Both the position numbers and the translations under genes were made by a program. This document shows positions 58,045 through 64,000 of a stretch of 64,000 bases of DNA, piece after piece. The notes below the pieces were generated by a model. The model did no database searches, was not told where the DNA came from, and saw only the letters and a program-made list of their open reading frames with translations. Origin of the DNA: Actinomycetes bacterium. GTDB taxonomy: Bacteria; Actinomycetota; Actinomycetes; S36-B12. Within the stretch, counting starts at the first letter, position 1; each line of letters opens with the position of its first letter. The stretch lies in NCBI GenBank assembly GCA_014190275.1, contig BJGE01000001.1, forward strand, positions 12,289 through 76,288, read 5' to 3'.

Positions 58045-59895
58045 ATGTCCCCGATTAAAGGTCGGACCGCAATATCCGTTGCAATCGCGGCAACCACAAT
58101 TTCCACGCTGGCGATCATCCCTGCAGTATCAGTGGCAGCTGCCACAAATACGGTTGTAACAAATGGAGTTAGCGCGATCACCACGGTAAATACTGATTGG
58201 AGTTCGGGATATTGCGCTGATGTGGCAATTACAACCCGCGCAACCACGGAACAAACGTGGAGTACCACCCTGCCAACCGGTATCACTGTTAATAGCCTTT
58301 GGAATGCTAAGAAATCCACCGGCGCCGACGGCAGTGTCCTGATCAATGGGGCGGCCTGGAACCCGACGGTAAAAGCGGACGCACCAACATCATTCGGCTA
58401 TTGCGCCACTCGGGCCGCGGCGGTCACACCCGCACCGTTTCCGACTGCTTCGCCTTCGGTTGCACCAACGACTACACCAACGTTGGCTCCGACAAGTGCA
58501 CCGACGGTTGCACCCACCGGTGCACCGATTACCGGCACCCCTGGCAAGACCGTGATCGCTCCGTATGTCGATATGGGTTTGTGGCCAACGGCCAACCTGG
58601 TGAATATGTCCGCGGCCACCGGCGTTAAAGCAGTCACCGCCGCGTTCGTGGTGCAAGAGGCTGGTAAAGCCTGCTCACCCTCCTGGGGTGGCTACGCCGC
58701 GTACGCGGTGGGCGGCACCAATGACTTCGTCGACATCATCGGCGACTTCCAACGGCAAGGTGGGCGCGTGATCCCATCATTTGGGGGTGCCTCCGGATCC
58801 GAATTGGCCAATGGCTGCACTAATGAAGCTAGCCTGCTCGCCGCCTATAAGAAGGTTGTCGACCGATTCGGCTCTGACCGTATCGACTTTGATATAGAGG
58901 GCGCTGATATTGCCAATTCGGTATCGAACCAACTCCGCGCCAAGGTAGTTTCGCAATTACAGAGGGACTACGCGGCCCAAGGCAAGACCATTGAGGTTTC
59001 CCTGACCGTTCCAGTCATGCCGTACGGCCTCGATAACAATGGCCTGCGCACCGTAAAGGAGTTTGCCGCCGCAGGAGTGAACCTTGCCTCGGTAAACGTA
59101 ATGGCGATGGACTACGGCACCGAATGGACCGACATGGGCACGCATGCCATTACCGCGGCCCAGAACACCGCCACCCAGTTGAAGACAATCCCGAAATATT
59201 CGAGCCTTTCGAATAGTGCGTTGCTTTCACTTGTTGGCATCACGCCAATGATCGGACAAAATGACGTCGCCAGCGAGATTTTCACCATCGCTGATACGGC
59301 TAAGGTCGCTAGATTCGTCAAGGACAATGGCGTCGGCACACTAGCCTGGTGGGAGTTGACACGCGATACTCCGTGCACCTCAACGAGTCAGGGTCTGTAC
59401 CTGTGCACGAAAACCAATGAACCGCAGTGGGCATTCGCCAGGGCGTTCATCGCGGGCATGGGTGGGACGGTCCCGCCAAATCCGGTGCCGACCGCTGCAC
59501 CCACTGCAACTCCGACGGCTACCCCCACTGCAACTCCGACGGCTACCCCGACGCCATCCGCACCCGCGGGTACTTCGGCACTGTCCATTGCCCTTGCGGT
59601 TGGATCCGACTGGGGTACCGGGCGCACCTTGGACCTGGTGGTCACCAACACCGGTAACCGGTCGCTGTCCACTTGGTCGGTGACCATGCCGTGGGCTGGG
59701 ACCGCAATAAAGATGTGGAATGCCACGGGCACTCTCGCCGGTGGCAAGTTGACGGCAGCGGCCGCCGACTGGAATGGCCAACTGGCACCGGGTGCATCGG
59801 TGACTGTTGGGTTCAATGACACAGGTGCTTTGACGCTGCCAACCACCTGCACTTCCTCGGTGGGAGCCTGTGTTGTCAGGCCGGGCACTTTGTAG
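58045..59895 (+). CDS. secreted GH18 (chitinase-like) hydrolase flanked by N- and C-terminal CBM2-like modules
   Basis: Signal peptide, CBM2-like module (DWSSGYCADVAIT...LWNA...AAWNP...FGYCA), Pro/Thr linker, GH18 core with DRIDFDIE, PTAT linker, then a second CBM2 (DWGTGRTLDLVVTNTG...MWNA...DWNGQLAPGASVTVGF...C...C). Confidence 0.78.
   Translation: MSPIKGRTAISVAIAATTISTLAIIPAVSVAAATNTVVTNGVSAITTVNTDWSSGYCADVAITTRATTEQTWSTTLPTGITVNSLWNAKKSTGADGSVLINGAAWNPTVKADAPTSFGYCATRAAAVTPAPFPTASPSVAPTTTPTLAPTSAPTVAPTGAPITGTPGKTVIAPYVDMGLWPTANLVNMSAATGVKAVTAAFVVQEAGKACSPSWGGYAAYAVGGTNDFVDIIGDFQRQGGRVIPSFGGASGSELANGCTNEASLLAAYKKVVDRFGSDRIDFDIEGADIANSVSNQLRAKVVSQLQRDYAAQGKTIEVSLTVPVMPYGLDNNGLRTVKEFAAAGVNLASVNVMAMDYGTEWTDMGTHAITAAQNTATQLKTIPKYSSLSNSALLSLVGITPMIGQNDVASEIFTIADTAKVARFVKDNGVGTLAWWELTRDTPCTSTSQGLYLCTKTNEPQWAFARAFIAGMGGTVPPNPVPTAAPTATPTATPTATPTATPTPSAPAGTSALSIALAVGSDWGTGRTLDLVVTNTGNRSLSTWSVTMPWAGTAIKMWNATGTLAGGKLTAAAADWNGQLAPGASVTVGFNDTGALTLPTTCTSSVGACVVRPGTL
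59500..59547. repeat. 2 x 24-bp perfect in-frame tandem repeat in PTAT linker
   Basis: cccactgcaactccgacggctacc occurs twice and encodes (PTAT)n. Confidence 0.9.
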
Positions 59896-59910
59896 CGGCA
59901 ACAAATGAAT

Positions 59911-59953
59911 CTAGGGCGGGTAGGGACTTCTCCCTCACCCGCCCTAGCTTTTT
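59911..59953. terminator. bidirectional intrinsic terminator between convergent genes
   Basis: CTAGGGCGGGTAGGGA-CTTC-TCCCTCACCCGCCCTAG stem (one bulge) followed by C-TTTTT. Sits between the GH18 stop (59895) and the minus-strand gene stop (59960). Confidence 0.8.
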
Positions 59954-59959
59954 ATCCGG

Positions 59960-60358
59960 TCAGGAACTGGCGAAGAAAATACGTGCCCGGCCACCAAAGA
60001 GAAGATAGAGAATGATCAGTGCGATGATGATGTCGATCAGGCCATTCACGATAATCTCGCGGCCCGCGAATAGATATGAAACGCCTTTAAGTAGGTTAAT
60101 GACGGTCAGGATTGCCACTATCAACCGCGAGATTCGGTTACCGTCAAAGATGCCTTTGGCCACCAGCAGGTAGATAACACCGATGACCAATGACACGATG
60201 ACGCCCCAAAGGCCAGCGCCTACCTCATCATTCAGATTGAAGAGCCCAAGTACGCCAAGAAGCACGCCGAGTAGGCCGCTGAGGACGATGATCACCCCAA
60301 CAAGGGTCACCCCGGCCGGACGAGATACGCCGTTTGCCATGCCTAACCTCATCTCCAT
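59960..60358 (-). CDS. small integral membrane protein (about 4 TM, HdeD/DUF308-like)
   Basis: Hydrophobic repeats. Visibly A/T-richer than the surrounding sequence. Start may be an internal ATG. Confidence 0.5.
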   Translation of the reverse strand: MEMRLGMANGVSRPAGVTLVGVIIVLSGLLGVLLGVLGLFNLNDEVGAGLWGVIVSLVIGVIYLLVAKGIFDGNRISRLIVAILTVINLLKGVSYLFAGREIIVNGLIDIIIALIILYLLFGGRARIFFASS

Positions 60359-60435
60359 TGTCTAAAAAGCCGACCTGATTTGTACCCAACTCTTGCACGC
60401 CCGATGCCACGCGCCTATTCGCCGCGCCGTAAACG

Positions 60436-61833
60436 CTAGCGGCGCTCGCCGATCACGACCACTTGGTCGCCGGCGCTGAAGGTGATCTGCTCACGTTTGG
60501 GCGGGTTGAGGTGAAGACCGCCTGCCAAGGAGCCAGGGGTGTCGGTCGCCGAAGCACACTGGTAGCCAATCGCGACTACTCCCCAATTGCGGGCCTCTGC
60601 GATGACCTCGCCAAAGGTCGTGCTGCCGAACGCGACGTAACGCTCGAATGGGTGCTTGGTCACGCTGGACCCATCGGCATCAAAAAGATCCGCGAACACA
60701 TCAACGAGTTGGGGGCTTTCGCTCAACTGCGCGAGTAGCAAACTGATCAATCGCTGGCTGACGATGAAGTCATCGCCATCGCCCTCATTGGCCAATTCGA
60801 CGTCACTTCGGTCACGCAGCTCGGCAACGATATTGCCCTCGTGCACAGAGCTCGCAGCGCGCAGGTGCATGAGGCTGAGAAGCACTCGAGCATCTGCTTC
60901 GTCGACGCCAAATGGTGGATTTTCACAAAGGATTAGGTCGTGGTCAAAAACTCCTGAATCAGCCACCGACAAAATGGTTGATCTGCTAATGGTGTCACCC
61001 TCAACCAACTGCAAAGACTGATTGGTCAGACCGAGTCCTTCAATTTGAGCGCTGACCGCACCTGGGTCGTACAGATCACCATCAATCAGAACCACTAACT
61101 CCGAATTCGAGGCCACATGAGTTTCTATTTCGTCAATGATAATCGGCGCCATTAGGTTCCAGCCCACTATCAATGAGCGCTCACGCTTGGCGTCTAGTGA
61201 CTCCCACACCCTGATATCACCAAGCTCCCAAGGGTCAGGTACTAGGTCCATAACAAATACCGAATCATCCGCCGCGATGCCTATTGCACAATCCCCCGCA
61301 CCAACAATCGTTCCGATTGGCGCATTCATCGGGGATAGGTCACCAAGGCGCGTGGGCATACCACTTCGCACGACCAATCGCGAATCACCCATGTCACTGA
61401 TATCACGATTCAACGCATCTGATAGGTCCACCACATCATCTGGACTCAGCACCACGATGACGTGACCACGATTACTCCGATTGGCTTCCACGAGTTCGGA
61501 GATGACCACCGGCAACTTCTCACTGCGGCCAATGATCAAGGTGTGGCCGCGTTCAATTACCGCCGACTGGCCCTGCCTAAGTTCTTCGAGTCGGCGCTCG
61601 ATGGCGCTGGAAATCAAACCGATGATCGCAGCGCCGATAAAAATGCCGACCAGGGTGATCCGCACACTAAAGATCCGGTTATTCGAACCCTGGTCACCGG
61701 TGAACGTACCGGCATCGAGGTAGCGGCCCATGGCGAGCCACACCCCTTCGGGAAAACTGGCCGGCTCATCACCAGGGCCTCGACGCGGGAGCCAGGTAAC
61801 CGTAGAAACCAGCAGCACTCGCACGGCGGTCAC
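60436..61833 (-). CDS. CASTOR/POLLUX-related putative ion channel with tandem RCK-like domains (short N-terminus)
   Basis: Pore-like segment GVWLAMGRYLDAGTFTG, a TM helix ITLVGIFIGAAIIGLISSAI, then two Rossmann-like repeats (HTLIIGRSEKLPVVISEL; SLIVGWNLMAPIIIDEI). Confidence 0.68.
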   Translation of the reverse strand: MTAVRVLLVSTVTWLPRRGPGDEPASFPEGVWLAMGRYLDAGTFTGDQGSNNRIFSVRITLVGIFIGAAIIGLISSAIERRLEELRQGQSAVIERGHTLIIGRSEKLPVVISELVEANRSNRGHVIVVLSPDDVVDLSDALNRDISDMGDSRLVVRSGMPTRLGDLSPMNAPIGTIVGAGDCAIGIAADDSVFVMDLVPDPWELGDIRVWESLDAKRERSLIVGWNLMAPIIIDEIETHVASNSELVVLIDGDLYDPGAVSAQIEGLGLTNQSLQLVEGDTISRSTILSVADSGVFDHDLILCENPPFGVDEADARVLLSLMHLRAASSVHEGNIVAELRDRSDVELANEGDGDDFIVSQRLISLLLAQLSESPQLVDVFADLFDADGSSVTKHPFERYVAFGSTTFGEVIAEARNWGVVAIGYQCASATDTPGSLAGGLHLNPPKREQITFSAGDQVVVIGERR

Positions 61834-61925
61834 GGCCCCGAGCCAGATCAGGACTACCCAGATGCCGCGCGCAAGGCCATTATCAAAGCGATATCGGAGT
61901 CATTGCTTCATGGTGAATCGTGCGG

Positions 61926-62315
61926 TCATGCGGCTCCATGGTCATCTGGTGTGGCTGGGTCGGTGATCACCAAGACCCGTAAAGGTATGGAACCGGTATT
62001 CGTTAAATCATGGTAGACCCCGGGTGCGGCCAACACGGCGTCCCCGGGGCCCAACTCCACCGTCACTCCATCCATTGTCATTCGAGCACTACCCTCAATA
62101 AGGAGGTAGACCTCAGACATTGCCCCGTATTCGGGCTCAGACTCGTCATGGGAATGTGCACCCTCACTCGCACCAACTGGTAGTTCCCAGATTTCTAAAT
62201 CCATCTTCCACGGGTGTGCACCCTGGAAATAACGTTGCACTGAAATCTTGCCAATCCCATCGTGCAGCTCCTCATATAGAAAAACGCCCTCGCCCGCCCT
62301 TACGACCTGCGCCAC
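61926..62315 (-). CDS. cupin domain protein
   Basis: 129 aa with GASEGAHSHDE...VYLLIEGSARM...PGVYHDLTN cupin motifs. Confidence 0.72.
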   Translation of the reverse strand: MAQVVRAGEGVFLYEELHDGIGKISVQRYFQGAHPWKMDLEIWELPVGASEGAHSHDESEPEYGAMSEVYLLIEGSARMTMDGVTVELGPGDAVLAAPGVYHDLTNTGSIPLRVLVITDPATPDDHGAA

Positions 62316-62341
62316 GATGCCCTCCCGCGTAAACTCAGAAT

Positions 62342-64000
62342 GTGTTTGAGAGCCTATTTAGCCCCCTTAGTCTAGGTTCAATCACCCTGAAGAACCGAAT
62401 GTTCTCCTCAGGTCATGACACCGTGATGGCCGAAAAGGGTCGGGTTGGCGATCAGTTGATCGCTTATCAAAGCGCTCGCGCGGCCGGAGGGGTCGGTCAT
62501 ATCGTCCTTCAAGTTTCCGGTGTGCACGAGACTGCTGAGTACACGGACAGTGAGTTAATGGCGACCAGTGATGACGTAATACCCGGGTATCGGAAAATCG
62601 CAGAGGCAATTCATGCCCATGACTGCCATGTTTTCGCCCAGCTATTCCATGGCGGGCGCGAAGTGATGACCACCCCCGACGGGCTACTAGGCGTTGCCTG
62701 GGCACCTTCGGCCGTGCCCAATGAGAGATTCCACGTGATGCCTCGGGCGTTACCCATCACTTTGATTGAGGAAATAGTGCAAGGCTTCGGCCTGACCGCC
62801 GCTCGAATGGCAACAGCGGGGATTGACGGGGTCGAAATAGTCGCAAGCCACGGATACCTGCCTGCGCAATTCATCAACCCCCGCACCAATATTCGTGATG
62901 ACCTTTACGGAGGCTCGTTTGAAAATCGCATGCGCTTCACGCGCGAGGTAGTTGCAGCGGTGCGCGCCGCAACCCCCGAAGGCTTCGTCGTCGGCCTGCG
63001 CATCAGCCTGGGCGAACGGGATCAGGACGGACTAACGCCGCCGGAGTCAATGCAGGCCTGCCGGCACCTCGCCAATCAGGTTGACTACCTTTCGGTGACC
63101 GCGGGCAGCAGCGCGACTTACGCAGGCAGCGTGCACATTGTGCCGCCGATGAACTACCCACCCGGCTACCTAGCAGACCTATCCTCGCAGCTACGTGACA
63201 CCGTGGACGTGCCTGTCTTCCTTACCGGTCGAATTAATACCCCCGCGGAAGCCGAACGAATCATCTCCTCCGGCAAAGCAGATGCGGTAGCGATGACCCG
63301 CGCGCTTATTTGCGATCCGCTACTGCCACGGAAAGCGCAGGCGGGCGATACGGCAACTATCCGACTGTGCATTGGCTGCAATCAGGCCTGCATCGGGCAC
63401 TTCCACCTCGGCGTGCCCATCTCCTGCATTCAATACCCCGAGAGCGGCCGCGAACGCGAGTTCGGCAACTTGCCGATGACCAGCAGCCCAAAACGGGTGC
63501 TCATCGTCGGTGGCGGACCGGCGGGCCTGAAAGCCGCCGCCGTTGCGGCCGCACGGGGGCATGACGTTGAACTCTGGGAAGCCGCGGCACTACTTGGTGG
63601 TCAGGCCCAGTTGGCGCAATTACTGCCGGGGCGCGCTGAATTCGGCGGCATTGTGCCGAACCTGGTCGGGGAGGCCACCCGCGCCGGCGCGCGCATTTCA
63701 ACCAACAAAACCGCGGATTGCAACTCAATTACCAAGCATCAAGCCGATCTTGTGGTGCTCGCAACGGGAGCCCTGCCCTATGCACCAACCATCGAAATCC
63801 TAGAAAAAGAACTAAGCTCCCCGATCTTGGATTCCTGGGAAGTCCTGCGCGGGGCTTTACTGCCTGCCGGTGAAATCCTCGTCGCTGACTGGCGCGGTGA
63901 CTGGATCGGCCTCGGCGTTGCCACCTTGATCGCGGAGCGTGGGCACCCGGTAACCCTTTGCGTTCAGGGTTGGGCCGCTGGACATGCACTGCAGCAATAT
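62342..64000 (+). CDS. OYE-like NADH:flavin oxidoreductase / 2,4-dienoyl-CoA reductase (FadH)-type Fe-S flavoenzyme, 5' part (runs off window end)
   Basis: Not in the ORF track (no stop inside the window). Own translation from GTG 62342 (in-frame TAA at 62330) gives VFESLFSPLSLGSITLKNRMFSSGH...AQLFHGGRE...ASHGYLPAQFINPRTNIRDDLYGGSFENR...CIGCNQACIGH (4Fe-4S)...VLIVGGGPAGLKAA (Rossmann). 553 codons with no stop. Confidence 0.88.
   Translation, partial: MFESLFSPLSLGSITLKNRMFSSGHDTVMAEKGRVGDQLIAYQSARAAGGVGHIVLQVSGVHETAEYTDSELMATSDDVIPGYRKIAEAIHAHDCHVFAQLFHGGREVMTTPDGLLGVAWAPSAVPNERFHVMPRALPITLIEEIVQGFGLTAARMATAGIDGVEIVASHGYLPAQFINPRTNIRDDLYGGSFENRMRFTREVVAAVRAATPEGFVVGLRISLGERDQDGLTPPESMQACRHLANQVDYLSVTAGSSATYAGSVHIVPPMNYPPGYLADLSSQLRDTVDVPVFLTGRINTPAEAERIISSGKADAVAMTRALICDPLLPRKAQAGDTATIRLCIGCNQACIGHFHLGVPISCIQYPESGREREFGNLPMTSSPKRVLIVGGGPAGLKAAAVAAARGHDVELWEAAALLGGQAQLAQLLPGRAEFGGIVPNLVGEATRAGARISTNKTADCNSITKHQADLVVLATGALPYAPTIEILEKELSSPILDSWEVLRGALLPAGEILVADWRGDWIGLGVATLIAERGHPVTLCVQGWAAGHALQQY

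Noticed and set aside
900-61000. Many long antisense or overlapping ORFs in the track (for example 900-1370+, 10828-11307+, 36158-36667+, 40037-40588+, 59380-59904-, 61462-62016+).
   Set aside because: Each lies wholly inside a gene with clear family signatures on the other strand or frame. They are rich in Arg/Pro/Ala/Ser, as expected for stop-poor high-GC DNA. No motifs were recognised.

Overview
The window is a 64-kb chromosomal segment from a high-GC Gram-positive bacterium (Actinomycetota, judged from protein signatures and gene order). I cannot name the genus. About 70 protein genes are packed tightly, and many have 1-8 nt stop/start overlaps. I saw no rRNA, tRNA, CRISPR array, transposase or integrase. 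The supplied track also contains many long antisense ORFs, which I treat as high-GC artefacts.

**Layout**
- **1-26.6 kb, conserved housekeeping block, mostly minus strand.** Genes in coordinate order: LacI regulator, ppx, DUF501, amidase, GNAT, lysS, GH18 hydrolase, coaX-nadC-nadB-panC-DUF2520, a plus-strand MidA-like methyltransferase plus stand-alone NuoD-like pair, folK-folB-folP-folE-ftsH, hpt-tilS, zinc protease, PMI-like cupin, dacB and divergent ppa. As far as I recall, this is colinear with the M. tuberculosis lysS...ftsH...ppa neighbourhood.
- **26.9-33.4 kb.** An AI-2E transporter and an atypically ordered phosphate system (pstC-pstA-pstB, then pstS, then a degenerate pstS-like lipoprotein).
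- **33.5-46.7 kb.** A self-contained form I (Mo-Cu) carbon-monoxide dehydrogenase cluster: coxG-coxM-coxS-coxL-xdhC/YHS-coxD-coxE, fused to moeA-moaC-mog. It is flanked by moaD, moaA, moaE, a second xdhC and a mocA-like cytidylyltransferase.
- **46.7-64 kb.** A mixed, visibly more A/T-rich accessory stretch: membrane proteins, a DEAD-box helicase, a permease, a CsoR-family regulator with its palindromic operator, oxygenase and cupin genes, a second GH18 paralog flanked by CBM2 modules, a CASTOR/POLLUX-like channel and an edge-truncated OYE/FadH-like flavoenzyme.

Two real genes at the window edges are missing from the ORF track, and I recovered them by hand translation.

**Most interesting candidates**
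- The MidA/NDUFAF7-type methyltransferase next to an orphan NuoD/NDUFS2 paralog. The paralog keeps the methyl-acceptor Arg but has lost the quinone-binding Tyr.
- The XdhC-YHS fusion inside the CODH operon.
- A perfect 11-bp tandem array in a promoter region.
- A Cys-x-Cys (His-less) CsoR-family regulator with its operator.

Nothing here looks like a defence or mobile system. All novelty claims are inference and need database and experimental checks.
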